Positions 1-8,901 of a stretch of DNA of 64,000 nucleotides are shown here, one piece after another. The translations under genes were made by a program, and so were the position numbers. Each line of letters opens with the position of its first letter. Within the stretch, counting starts at the first letter, position 1. Source of the stretch: Bacteroidota bacterium (GTDB lineage: Bacteria; Bacteroidota; Ignavibacteria; UBA10030; UBA6906); contig JAHBUR010000007.1 of the NCBI GenBank assembly GCA_019637975.1, forward strand, positions 85,997 to 149,996. Reading direction: 5' to 3'. The notes under the pieces were generated by a model. The model was not told where the DNA came from. It saw nothing but the letters and a program-made list of their open reading frames with translations, and did not search any database.

Positions 1-93
1 AACTTCTTCGTAACGCGTGTGGACAACTTCATGTACATGGTGGATGAAGCAAGCTACAATGTTGCTGAAATCCTGGGCGCGAAAACCAAGTGA
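1..93 (+). CDS. 3' end of a MotA/TolQ/ExbB-family proton channel gene (partial; stop at 91-93)
   Basis: Frame-1 reading from the window edge gives ...NFFVTRVDNFMYMVDEASYNVAEILGAKTK*. It sits immediately upstream of two exbD genes and tonB. The family assignment rests on gene context only. Confidence 0.4.
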   Translation, partial: NFFVTRVDNFMYMVDEASYNVAEILGAKTK

Positions 94-127
94 TCTCTCG
101 ACAAACAAAACAAAAGGAGAGCATCAT

Positions 128-592
128 ATGGCGAAGATAAAACCGAAACGTCACGGCATTCTGCTTGACATGACGCCACTTGTTGACATCGGGTTTCTCT
201 TGTTGACGTTCTTTATGTTGACAACCCAGTTCAAGCCGGCGGAAGAAGTGTCGATTGACTTGCCTGCGTCGAACTCGGTGTTCAAGTTGCCGGAATCGGA
301 TGTGCTGACACTCAGCCTCTCGAAGGACGGGGATATCTTCATGGATGTCGATTCGCAACGCTTGCGCGGTCGTTTGTTCGGCAAGGAGAATGAGCTGCGA
401 GCGGGTGTTAAGATTCCGCGCGAGAAGCTTGGAGACTACTTGATTCAAGCACGAACCATGAATCCCAAGTTGCGCACGGTGATCAAAGGAGACAAGAATG
501 CCGAGTTTGGCATCGCGCAGGACGTGATGGACATTCTGCAAAAAACGAAAATTACGAGATTCAATCTCGTTACAAATCTTGAAGCGAATTAG
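128..592 (+). CDS. exbD: ExbD/TolR biopolymer transport protein (copy 1)
   Basis: MAKIKPKRHGILLDMTPLVDIGFLLLTFFM is an ExbD-type N-terminal TM segment. ATG at 128 is preceded by GGAGAG. The ORF-track start at 17 is an upstream in-frame artefact. Confidence 0.85.
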   Translation: MAKIKPKRHGILLDMTPLVDIGFLLLTFFMLTTQFKPAEEVSIDLPASNSVFKLPESDVLTLSLSKDGDIFMDVDSQRLRGRLFGKENELRAGVKIPREKLGDYLIQARTMNPKLRTVIKGDKNAEFGIAQDVMDILQKTKITRFNLVTNLEAN

Positions 593-606
593 AGGAGGCT
601 AACACT

Positions 607-1104
607 ATGGCAGGTCTTGGTGGGGATGCCCCACAACCGAGAAGTCATGGAAAGAAGAAACGCAAAAAGTCCAAGCGCATCGGCATCCGAATCGATATGA
701 CGCCGCTCGTTGACATCGCGTTTCTGTTGCTGACGTTTTTCATGCTCACGACGACGATGGCGCGTCCGCAAACGATGGAAATCAATCTTCCGCCTGATGA
801 AAACGTCAAAGTGGAAATCGCCGAGTCCAATCTCCTGACTCTTCGGCTGAACGAAAAGGGCGAAGTGTTCTGGAATATCGGCATGGACGCCCCGCAGAAA
901 ATGGAGTTTTCGAAGCTGCGGGCCGATATCCGCCAACGCGTCCAGGCGAACCCAAAATTGGTTACACTTGTTAAGATAGATACGAAGGCGAAGTATGAAG
1001 TGATGGTGGATGTAATGGACGAACTCAATCAGGCGGAAATGCAGCGGTTCAGTATTGCCCGAATGACGGAGCAGGATCTGAAACTTATTTCCGAAGTTAA
1101 ATAA
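607..1104 (+). CDS. exbD: ExbD/TolR biopolymer transport protein (copy 2)
   Basis: IDMTPLVDIAFLLLTFFMLTT is paralogous to copy 1. AGGAGG RBS lies 8 nt upstream of the ATG. Confidence 0.85.
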   Translation: MAGLGGDAPQPRSHGKKKRKKSKRIGIRIDMTPLVDIAFLLLTFFMLTTTMARPQTMEINLPPDENVKVEIAESNLLTLRLNEKGEVFWNIGMDAPQKMEFSKLRADIRQRVQANPKLVTLVKIDTKAKYEVMVDVMDELNQAEMQRFSIARMTEQDLKLISEVK

Positions 1105-1129
1105 CAACTCACCATATCTTTAAGAAGGA

Positions 1130-1900
1130 ATGACTATGGCAAAGCTGTCCATGGCCGGAGCAGGTTCCACCGGTACGGTTAGCGCAGGATCAAAGTATGG
1201 CGCTATTGAGTTGAAGGCGGTATACCAGAAGTACTGGTTTCGCGGTTTCCTGATCGCTGTCGCAATCCACGCAGTAGGGTTCGGCTCATACTATCTTGCC
1301 CAAGTATTGGGCGAGGAAGAACCACCGCCAATCAATGTTCGTATTTTGAAGTACAGTGACCTTGGCCCGCCGCCGTCGCTGACGAACACCAACGTACCGC
1401 CTCCGGTTTCCGTGAGCGCACCGGTGGCAAAACCGACTGTTGGTGCTCCTGTCCCGGTTCCTGATGCCGAAGCAAGTCCGGAACAAACAATTGCCACTCA
1501 AACCGAAATGAGTCAGGTTGCAGCCCCTATTGGTGAAGGATTTGGTGACGGCGCTGGCGGAGTCCAGATTGAACAGGATATCAGGATTGAAGACGACGGT
1601 CCGCCCGCGGATTTTGTCGCTGTCGAGAAAGAACCAGTCGTCGTGCGCAAAGTCGAGCCGAAGTATCCCGAACTTGCAATGCGTGCAGGCCTTGAAGGAA
1701 GAGTATGGGTGAAGATCTGGGTGGACAGGGAAGGCAAGCCGAAGCAGGTTGTTGTTCTGAAAAGCGATGCCGAGATCTTTAACGACGCGGCAGTTGAAGC
1801 GGCAAAGCAATTTCTGTTTACGCCGGCATACATGAACAACGGCCCGGTGTCCGTGTGGGTGTCCGTGCCCTTCAGGTTCAAGCTGGCGGATCGGAAGTAA
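1130..1900 (+). CDS. tonB: TonB-family energy transducer
   Basis: N-terminal TM segment, Pro-rich linker (PPPSLTNTNVPPPVSVSAPVAKPTVGAPVPVP) and a TonB C-terminal domain (VRKVEPKYPELAMRAGLEGRVWVKIWVDREGKP...). Confidence 0.85.
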   Translation: MTMAKLSMAGAGSTGTVSAGSKYGAIELKAVYQKYWFRGFLIAVAIHAVGFGSYYLAQVLGEEEPPPINVRILKYSDLGPPPSLTNTNVPPPVSVSAPVAKPTVGAPVPVPDAEASPEQTIATQTEMSQVAAPIGEGFGDGAGGVQIEQDIRIEDDGPPADFVAVEKEPVVVRKVEPKYPELAMRAGLEGRVWVKIWVDREGKPKQVVVLKSDAEIFNDAAVEAAKQFLFTPAYMNNGPVSVWVSVPFRFKLADRK

Positions 1901-1917
1901 TACTACTCGGACAGAAA

Positions 1918-2139
1918 ATGGGAGTGATGAATTTCGTTTCTGTGCTCAGATATATCGGCTATGCAGTATCGGGCGCAGTGATGATCGTCGGGATGATGGC
2001 AATCGTAGGATATTTTGTTCCACAACATGTTCCCGAACACTACCGCGTCATCTTTGGCGCGGTAGTGTTCTTATATGGGGCGTATCGCTATGTTCTGACC
2101 TACATTCGTTCGAAGGGTACGGATCAAGATGAAGAGTAA
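1918..2139 (+). CDS. small two-helix membrane protein (hypothetical)
   Basis: MGVMNFVSVLRYIGYAVSGAVMIVGMMAIVGYF... has two hydrophobic helices. It lies in the tonB-pstS gap and its stop overlaps the next start by 11 nt. Confidence 0.45.
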   Translation: MGVMNFVSVLRYIGYAVSGAVMIVGMMAIVGYFVPQHVPEHYRVIFGAVVFLYGAYRYVLTYIRSKGTDQDEE

Positions 2140-3046
2140 GATCAGGATTATGCTGCTGACAGTTGTCGCGCTTCTTGCCGGTTGCGATCAGCGAAAGCCG
2201 CTGGTAACAACGTCGGGAACGGTTACTGTCGAAGTCGATGAGTCGGTAAGCAATGTCGTGAAGATTATCGCTTCCGGTTTCGAACAATCCTATCCCGACG
2301 CAAAAATTGACATCAGGGTCGTCGAAGGCAGGGAGGCAATCACTAACTTCATTAACGATAGCGTAAAGGTGATCGTCAGCGCCCGGGCGTTCAATGATGA
2401 GGAACTTGATGTTCTGAAGCGGTACCCCGATATCGAATGGAAGAGTTATCGATGCGCCATTGATGCGATCGCCGTTATAGGGCACAGCAGCAACGCACAA
2501 AAGGAACTCCGTCTGACGGAACTTGACAGCATCTTTCAGGGATCGCTCGCCCGCTGGAAGTGGAACGGCAGACTCATTGATGTTGCCGTCGGCGACGTCA
2601 ATTCCAGCGTCAATGAGGTGTTCCGGAAGAAAATCATGAACGACAACCCCTTCACGCTCAGTGCTGCACGAATCCTATCCAGCGACAGTCTTGTGGCCTA
2701 TGTTGAGAACAATCCGAATGCCATCGGCATCGTCGGACTGAACTGGTTGCGAGGAAGGGAAGATCGCCTAACGGTGTTTGCCCTTGGTCAGCCCGGAAGC
2801 CGCCCGGATACGACGGAACCCGTTGGGCGTTTTTATACACCGCATCAGGCACACATTCACAGAAACTACTATCCGATAACCCGACCTGTGTACCTTTATA
2901 GCAGGGCATACGGATATACGGTTGCGACGGGGTTCATTGCCCACATCACCTCTATTCACGGACAGCAAAGATTCTTGAGTGAAGGTCTTGTTCCCGTGAC
3001 AATGCCCGTTCGCTTAGTCGAAACAACATCAAAACAGGTACAATAG
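2129..3046 (+). CDS. PstS-like periplasmic substrate-binding lipoprotein (PBP superfamily)
   Basis: Lipoprotein signal MKSKIRIMLLTVVALLAGC. The TSGTVTVEVDESV...SGFEQSYPDAKIDIRVVEGREAI segment is typical of phosphate-binding-protein-like domains. It holds the conserved position after exbD-tonB. Confidence 0.7.
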   Translation: MKSKIRIMLLTVVALLAGCDQRKPLVTTSGTVTVEVDESVSNVVKIIASGFEQSYPDAKIDIRVVEGREAITNFINDSVKVIVSARAFNDEELDVLKRYPDIEWKSYRCAIDAIAVIGHSSNAQKELRLTELDSIFQGSLARWKWNGRLIDVAVGDVNSSVNEVFRKKIMNDNPFTLSAARILSSDSLVAYVENNPNAIGIVGLNWLRGREDRLTVFALGQPGSRPDTTEPVGRFYTPHQAHIHRNYYPITRPVYLYSRAYGYTVATGFIAHITSIHGQQRFLSEGLVPVTMPVRLVETTSKQVQ

Positions 3047-3047
3047 A

Positions 3048-4865
3048 ATGAAACTCGCAAAACTTCTCATAACAATTCTCCTTATCGCTGAAGCCGGTCA
3101 CACCCAGGATTTTTTTGGCAGAGGGCGGGCTGCTCTTGTTGCCCGTGATACAGCGGCGGCGATTGCAGCGTTTCAGGAAGGAATCAAGGCGGGACAGAAA
3201 TCAAGTGACTGCAACTATTATCTCGGCGCGATAGCTCTCCGGCGGGAGCAGATTGACGACGCCATCAACTATCTGAGAACGGCCGTTCGCATCAACGACG
3301 ACAATGTCGAGGCCTTGATTGCCCTTGGCGATGCCTATGTGATTAAGAAGGATAATGCAAACGCCGTTGCGCAATACAAACGCGCAACAAAAGTTGCTCC
3401 GAAGGACTGCCGTGTGCCGGCAGCATACGGTGCCGCTCTTGTAGAGCTTGGACAAATTGACGGACCGGATGGAGCAATTGTTCTCTTGACGCGGGCAAAA
3501 GAATGCGATGACAAGAACCCGAATATTTATATCTCGTTAGGGGATGCGTACAACAAACAGGGTGTGCGCCCGCTTGCGAATATGAACTACGAGAAGGCGC
3601 TTGAACTTTCGCCGAACGATATTGAAACGCAGATGAAAGTTGCCCGCACGTATGCAGCAAACCGGCAATACACCGAGGCTGTGCAAGCTTTTCTTTCGGC
3701 AGTAAAGATTGATTCGATGAATTTTGATGCGTACTTCGAGGCAGGCAAAATTCTCTACAGGGCGAAATTATTTCCGCGTGCCGTACCTTTTATGGATCGT
3801 GCCGTGAAATTGCGTCCCGATCATGTGGAAGCAGCGTCGATTTATGCCCAGTCCCTCGCCAACTCGGAGCGTTGGGCGGATGCGGCAAAAGCGGGCGAAA
3901 CAGCAGTAAAACTCGACCCCGAAAATGTCGATAACTGGCGGGCGTATGCATACGCGCTGGTCGAGACACGCGACTACAAAGGGGCCATGAGCGCCTTTGA
4001 AACGATTGAACGTCGCAAGGCGATATTGCCGGAGGATTATTCCAAACTTGGTACAGCGCTGTTTGGTGCCGGGAAGGAAGACGAGGCAATGGAGGTTCTG
4101 CTGAAAGCACGGGATGCGGATTCAACGAACTGCGAGCCGTACTTCAACCTCGGCTTCCTTTACATGAAAAAGCAGAACTACGAAGAAGCTGCACGGATGT
4201 TCGAGAAAAGAATAGAATGCGATCCCCGTTCACTCGTTTCGTATGTGAATGCGGGCTCAAGCTATATGCAGCCGCCCAAGAATCTGCCCCGGGCGCGGGA
4301 GCTATTCCTCAAAGCCATTGAACTACGGTCGGATTTTCTGCAGGCGCATCTCTGGCTTGCCCGCTACTATCTTGAGGTGGATTCCACCGACAAGATGAAG
4401 CAGACGTATGACGAAGTAATCCGGCTTGCAAACGAAAACCCGGACAGATTCAAAAGGGAAGCAGGTGAAGCGTATACACAACTCGGCTCGTATTACTTCA
4501 GCCGTAAAGACTACAACTCGGCACTCAACAGCTTCCGCAGGGGCATCACCTATAATGAAACAGGTGGCTTGAACCTTGTTATCGGGCAGTGTCTCATTCT
4601 CACACGCGGCGATGATCCGGATGAGAATCGAAAGAGGACGGAGGAGGCCGCTGCAAAGTTCCGTCGATGCAATCAATTGGAGCCGAACAACGCGGAAGGT
4701 CACTATTGGCTTGGCCTTGCGTTGACCTACTTGAGGGTAGAGGGAAGAACCGAAGAGAACAGAAAGCTTGTGCAGGAGGCGTGTACGGCATATGCAAAGG
4801 CTCTCCGCATCAATCCTCGCCACGATGAGGCCAAGAAGGCTATGGAGAGGATCAGTTGCAAGTAA
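3048..4865 (+). CDS. tetratricopeptide-repeat protein (secreted/periplasmic)
   Basis: Signal peptide MKLAKLLITILLIAEA followed by multiple 34-residue TPR-like units (AxxYYxLGxAY-type). Final gene of the Exb/TonB cluster. Confidence 0.8.
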   Translation: MKLAKLLITILLIAEAGHTQDFFGRGRAALVARDTAAAIAAFQEGIKAGQKSSDCNYYLGAIALRREQIDDAINYLRTAVRINDDNVEALIALGDAYVIKKDNANAVAQYKRATKVAPKDCRVPAAYGAALVELGQIDGPDGAIVLLTRAKECDDKNPNIYISLGDAYNKQGVRPLANMNYEKALELSPNDIETQMKVARTYAANRQYTEAVQAFLSAVKIDSMNFDAYFEAGKILYRAKLFPRAVPFMDRAVKLRPDHVEAASIYAQSLANSERWADAAKAGETAVKLDPENVDNWRAYAYALVETRDYKGAMSAFETIERRKAILPEDYSKLGTALFGAGKEDEAMEVLLKARDADSTNCEPYFNLGFLYMKKQNYEEAARMFEKRIECDPRSLVSYVNAGSSYMQPPKNLPRARELFLKAIELRSDFLQAHLWLARYYLEVDSTDKMKQTYDEVIRLANENPDRFKREAGEAYTQLGSYYFSRKDYNSALNSFRRGITYNETGGLNLVIGQCLILTRGDDPDENRKRTEEAAAKFRRCNQLEPNNAEGHYWLGLALTYLRVEGRTEENRKLVQEACTAYAKALRINPRHDEAKKAMERISCK

Positions 4866-4890
4866 CCGGTATTTTAATCTGACAGGTGTA

Positions 4891-4928
4891 CGCCGTTCCG
4901 TTCCAGCGGGACGGCGTCTTTTTTTTTG
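4891..4928 (+). terminator. rho-independent terminator after the TPR gene
   Basis: CGCCGT...ACGGCG stem followed by a T9 run (tcttttttttttg). Confidence 0.7.
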
Positions 4929-4951
4929 TACATATGTCCATGCACATCTTC

Positions 4952-7384
4952 ATGATGAATCGGCGAATACTTCTTGCGGCCATCGGGCTTTTCTTCACAT
5001 ATTCACTCGTTGCAACATCGGGTTCACTGTTCAGCTCAAGGGACAAGTCCCGTCCAAGCAGGGAGTATGATGTTCTTCATTACAAAATTGAAGTCTCGTT
5101 CGAAGAGGAGAAGAAGAAGGTTTCCGGCACAACAACGATTTCGTTCGTTCCGCTGAAAAGCAACTTGAGCGCCTGCACGTTACACGCCGTGGAACTGGAT
5201 GTGAAAAGTGTAGTTCTGAAAGGAAGGAAGAACCTTCAGTTCGTCAATTCAGGAAAACAACTCGCTATCAGCCTTGATCGTGCATACGGCTTTTCAGACA
5301 CAGTCACATTCTCTGTTAGCTATTCCGCCACCCCGAAAAAAGGAATGTATTTCCTTTCCCCCGACAGTACGAACCCGCGACGTAAAGCCCAGATTTGGAC
5401 CCAGGGCGAGGATATGGACAACCGGCATTGGTTTCCGTGCTGGGATTTTCCGAATGACCGGGCCACCTCGGAGGTAATTGCCACAGTCCGGGATTCGTGG
5501 TCGCTTCTCTCCAACGGCAGGCTCGTGAACGTCCGGCACGACAAGAAGAACAAGACAAAGACTTTTCACTGGTCCCAATCAAAGCCGCATGTGGCATATC
5601 TCGTCATGATCGCCGCCGGACAATACGAAATCGTTACTGAAAAATTCAGGAACATCCCGCTCGAATACTACGTGTACAAAGAGAGGGCTGAAGATGGTGT
5701 TCGCAGTCTTTCGGCGACAGCCGGCATCATGGAGTATTTTGAGAATGTGACAGGATTCCCGTATCCGTGGGAGAAGTACGCCCAGATTTTTATCGACGAT
5801 TTTATGTGGGGAGGGATGGAGAATACGACGGCGGTTACGTTGAATACGTCGTATCTCATCGACAGGCGCGGCTTGCTGGATTTTACTGCTGATGATGTCG
5901 TTGCTCATGAACTAGCCCACCAGTGGTTCGGCGACCTCGTGACCTGCCGCGATTGGTCGGAGCTCTGGCTGAACGAGGGCTTTGCGAATTACTACGAGGC
6001 GCTCTACAAACAACATGCCCGCGGATTTGATGAGTTCCAGCTCAGCTTGATGGAACAGGCGGCTGGTATCATCTCGCTTGAACAGCGCGAAGGCCGCAGA
6101 CCGATAGTCAGCGTCAACAGTTTTCCCGGGAACCTCTACTCGAAGGGGGCGTGGGTTCTGTATATGCTGCATCATGTTCTTGGCCAGGAGGAATTCCACC
6201 GGGCAATGCGTCTGTACCTGCAGCGCAATGCCTTTACAAGCGTCGGTACGTGTGATCTCATGAAGGCGGTGGAAGATGCGACCGGGCAGAACATGGATTG
6301 GTTCTTCGACCAATGGGTGTTCAAGGCCGGATACCCCCGATTGGAAATAGCGTCCTCATACGACGAGGCCTCCGGAAATCTCCTTCTTACAATTCGACAG
6401 ACGCAGACGATTGACAGTCTCGCCGGCCTGTTCCGGTTTCCGCTTGACATTGAATGCACAGTTTCTTCCGGCAAGACTCTGACGCGGGTGTGGGTAGAGA
6501 AATATGAGCAACAGGTTTCCATTCCGTTGAACGAAAAGCCTCTCATGGTCATTCCGGACAGGGGAATGAAGGTACTGAAGGAGTTGAAGTTCGAGAAATC
6601 GAAAGAAGAACTCATCTATCAACTTCGCAATGCCGCGGATATGGCTGATAGAATCCTAGCAGCGCGGCAGTTGAGGCCGTACCCGGAGGATAGCGACGTG
6701 TTTTCTGCACTCAAAGATGCGGCATTGAGCGACCGCTTCTGGGCCGTACGCCGTGAAGCAGCGATCTATCTGGGTGTCATGACGTATCCCGGCGTCAAAG
6801 AAGCGATGTTTCACATTTACAACGACACCAAGTCCGCCGTGCGCAACGCTGCAATTGTTGCTTTGGACAAGCATGCGTCAATTGACGCTGTGGATTTTGT
6901 CAAGCAAGCTCTTGCCGCCGATTCGAGCTACATCGTTCAGGCATCGTGCTTGAATCTTCTGGCGGAAATTGACTCTGCCAATGTGTTCAGCATTGCCCGG
7001 CAGTACGTCGATATCGAATCGCATCGCGACATTCTTCGCCGCGCAGCTCTTCAGGCGTTTAGCAGCATTCAAGAATCCGCATCAATTCCGTATGCAATCA
7101 AGTATGTAGAGCCCGGAAATGCCCCGGATATCCGCGGGCTTGCGCTGGATATTCTGCGTAATGTAGGTGAAGGTTCCTCCGATGCCCGCGCGGCTGTCAT
7201 CCTGCTTGCGTCCGATTTCAATTCTTCCATGCGTAAAAACGCTGTCCGCATACTCGGCATGTGGGGGGGAGGCGATGCAATGGCCGTTTTGCAAAGGCGC
7301 ATGGAACAAGAGTCGGACGACGATGTGAGACTGGAAATCGAATCTGCACTCGATGAGTTTAGAGGTAGCGTGAAATCCGAATAG
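4952..7384 (+). CDS. pepN: M1-family zinc aminopeptidase (aminopeptidase N-like) with a C-terminal HEAT-repeat region
   Basis: GAMEN motif (WGGMENTT), HEXXH-18-E motif (VAHELAHQWFGDLVTCRDWSELWLNEGFANYYE), signal peptide MNRRILLAAIGLFF. The C-terminal ~230 aa are VRxxA-type HEAT repeats. The ORF-track start at 4886 runs back through the terminator. Confidence 0.85.
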   Translation: MMNRRILLAAIGLFFTYSLVATSGSLFSSRDKSRPSREYDVLHYKIEVSFEEEKKKVSGTTTISFVPLKSNLSACTLHAVELDVKSVVLKGRKNLQFVNSGKQLAISLDRAYGFSDTVTFSVSYSATPKKGMYFLSPDSTNPRRKAQIWTQGEDMDNRHWFPCWDFPNDRATSEVIATVRDSWSLLSNGRLVNVRHDKKNKTKTFHWSQSKPHVAYLVMIAAGQYEIVTEKFRNIPLEYYVYKERAEDGVRSLSATAGIMEYFENVTGFPYPWEKYAQIFIDDFMWGGMENTTAVTLNTSYLIDRRGLLDFTADDVVAHELAHQWFGDLVTCRDWSELWLNEGFANYYEALYKQHARGFDEFQLSLMEQAAGIISLEQREGRRPIVSVNSFPGNLYSKGAWVLYMLHHVLGQEEFHRAMRLYLQRNAFTSVGTCDLMKAVEDATGQNMDWFFDQWVFKAGYPRLEIASSYDEASGNLLLTIRQTQTIDSLAGLFRFPLDIECTVSSGKTLTRVWVEKYEQQVSIPLNEKPLMVIPDRGMKVLKELKFEKSKEELIYQLRNAADMADRILAARQLRPYPEDSDVFSALKDAALSDRFWAVRREAAIYLGVMTYPGVKEAMFHIYNDTKSAVRNAAIVALDKHASIDAVDFVKQALAADSSYIVQASCLNLLAEIDSANVFSIARQYVDIESHRDILRRAALQAFSSIQESASIPYAIKYVEPGNAPDIRGLALDILRNVGEGSSDARAAVILLASDFNSSMRKNAVRILGMWGGGDAMAVLQRRMEQESDDDVRLEIESALDEFRGSVKSE

Positions 7385-7496
7385 CCCACGTTTGGCGTTC
7401 GGACATTTCATTTTCTCGGTTCAGAATGCACCCCTTCCTTCACAGATGATGTTGCTGCCCGCGAAGAATCATTAAGAAGAATTCACTATTCACCTC

Positions 7497-7525
7497 TTGA
7501 CAATTAACTCACCTGTTCTTATAAT
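7497..7525 (+). promoter_or_regulatory. consensus sigma70-type promoter (TTGACA-N17-TATAAT) for the ECF sigma gene
   Basis: TTGACA at 7497-7502, a 17-nt spacer, TATAAT at 7520-7525. About 60 nt upstream of the RBS/ATG at 7590. Confidence 0.6.
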
Positions 7526-7589
7526 CGTACATATCGAACATAACGAGTTATACGAAAGTACAGAAGAAAGGTCTGGAGGAGTGAAAGTA

Positions 7590-8189
7590 ATGAGTACAGG
7601 TGTCGAAAAGCACTCAAAATTCAACGAAATTATGCTGCCCTACTCCGATATGCTCTACAACTACGGATTCTACTTGACTGGGTCAGTTGACGATGCCAGC
7701 GACCTTCTCCAGGAGACCTTCTTGAAGGCTTACCGCTTCTTCGACAAGTTTGAACAGGGTACCAATGCAAAGGCGTGGCTGTATCGCATTATGCGGAATA
7801 CCTTCATCAACGAATACCGTCGGGTGAAAAGGCAGCCTGAAATAGTCGAGTATGACGAGCAAATCTCCCCGTACCAATTCATGCAGCACGATACGCAGTA
7901 CTCGAACGATTTGCGCGACCGCGTTGAACACCACGTTCTCGGTGACGAAGTTTCCGGGGCAATCGCGGCGCTCCCTGAAAAATTCAAGAGCGTAATTGTG
8001 CTGAGGGATCTTGAGGATCTGCCGTACGAAGAAATTGCCGAAGTTCTCGACATCCCCATCGGCACAGTTCGTTCACGCCTTCATAGGGCGAGAAGCATTC
8101 TGTACAATAACCTGAAAGAATATGCCAAGAACACGGGCTACGAAACAGGAGAGAGCTTTAATCCGGCCGAGTTTGCGCTTGCGGTTTAG
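7590..8189 (+). CDS. ECF-subfamily RNA polymerase sigma-70 factor
   Basis: Region 2 (FLKAYRFFDKF...AWLYRIMRNTFINEYRR) and region 4 (VIVLRDLEDLPYEEIAEVLDIPIGTVRSRLHRAR). GGAGGAGTG RBS before the ATG at 7590. No anti-sigma gene follows. Confidence 0.8.
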   Translation: MSTGVEKHSKFNEIMLPYSDMLYNYGFYLTGSVDDASDLLQETFLKAYRFFDKFEQGTNAKAWLYRIMRNTFINEYRRVKRQPEIVEYDEQISPYQFMQHDTQYSNDLRDRVEHHVLGDEVSGAIAALPEKFKSVIVLRDLEDLPYEEIAEVLDIPIGTVRSRLHRARSILYNNLKEYAKNTGYETGESFNPAEFALAV

Positions 8190-8767
8190 GCGATTTTCAG
8201 TTTCTTGAGGAGCGACCGGATCATCATGGCGGTGGCGCCCCAAATTACCTTATTCTGCCAGTTGTAGTACCAGACCTCGTGCTTGCTGCCATGAAACTCC
8301 CGCAGTTCTATCCGGCCGTTCGACGGTTGAGAGAAGAAATCCAATCCCACACGAAACACTTCCGCAACTTCATCATTGTTGGGGGCAAGTTCAGGCAATT
8401 CCTGAATCACACCCACAACCGGCGTAATGACGAAACCCGTCGGAGTTGCCATATCATCGAGCATACCGGCAATCTCAATACACGACTCGGTCAACCCGAT
8501 TTCTTCGCGGGCTTCGCGAAGCGCCGTATGAAAAACATCGCGATCCGCCGCATCAACCATCCCTCCCGGAAAGGAAATTTGCCCCTTGTGCGTTTCAACC
8601 GATTCAGTTCGCTTTGTGAAGAGGAGATCAAGAGATTTTCCCGCCACTATGAGGGGAACGAGAACGGCTGCGCGGGAATAGCCCTCGATCGAAAGTGATT
8701 TGCGCGGAGACTCATTTGATGCCGTGAGCAAGGCTTTGATTTCGTCGAGCGTGAGGTTGCGAAACAT
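8186..8767 (-). CDS. NUDIX hydrolase (CoA pyrophosphatase-like)
   Basis: Nudix box GGMVDAADRDVFHTALREAREEIGL. I chose the MFRNLTL start to avoid a 5' overlap with the divergent nuclease gene. Its stop region overlaps the ECF sigma stop (convergent). Confidence 0.65.
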   Translation of the reverse strand: MFRNLTLDEIKALLTASNESPRKSLSIEGYSRAAVLVPLIVAGKSLDLLFTKRTESVETHKGQISFPGGMVDAADRDVFHTALREAREEIGLTESCIEIAGMLDDMATPTGFVITPVVGVIQELPELAPNNDEVAEVFRVGLDFFSQPSNGRIELREFHGSKHEVWYYNWQNKVIWGATAMMIRSLLKKLKIA

Positions 8768-8901
8768 GGCTCGAATATAGGAAAGAAGGGGAGAAGCTGC
8801 AAAAAAGTGGGGGCCGAGCTTGACTAATTGCAACTCCCTGTAGGACAGCGTATATTGAATATGAGCAATCATTCCTTCATCACCTTCATGAGAAAAAGCG
8901 T

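Noticed and set aside
4768-5156. Overlapping small ORFs (100 aa and 60 aa) at the TPR/aminopeptidase junction
   Set aside because: They span the T9 terminator and the aminopeptidase signal-peptide region in the wrong frames.
7497-7589. 5' extension of the ECF sigma ORF (ORF-track start at 7497)
   Set aside because: The extension begins inside the TTGACA -35 box and runs through the -10 box. The real start is the ATG at 7590, preceded by GGAGGAGTG.
8279-8698. 139-aa plus-strand ORF
   Set aside because: Antisense to the NUDIX hydrolase gene, whose Nudix box is clear.
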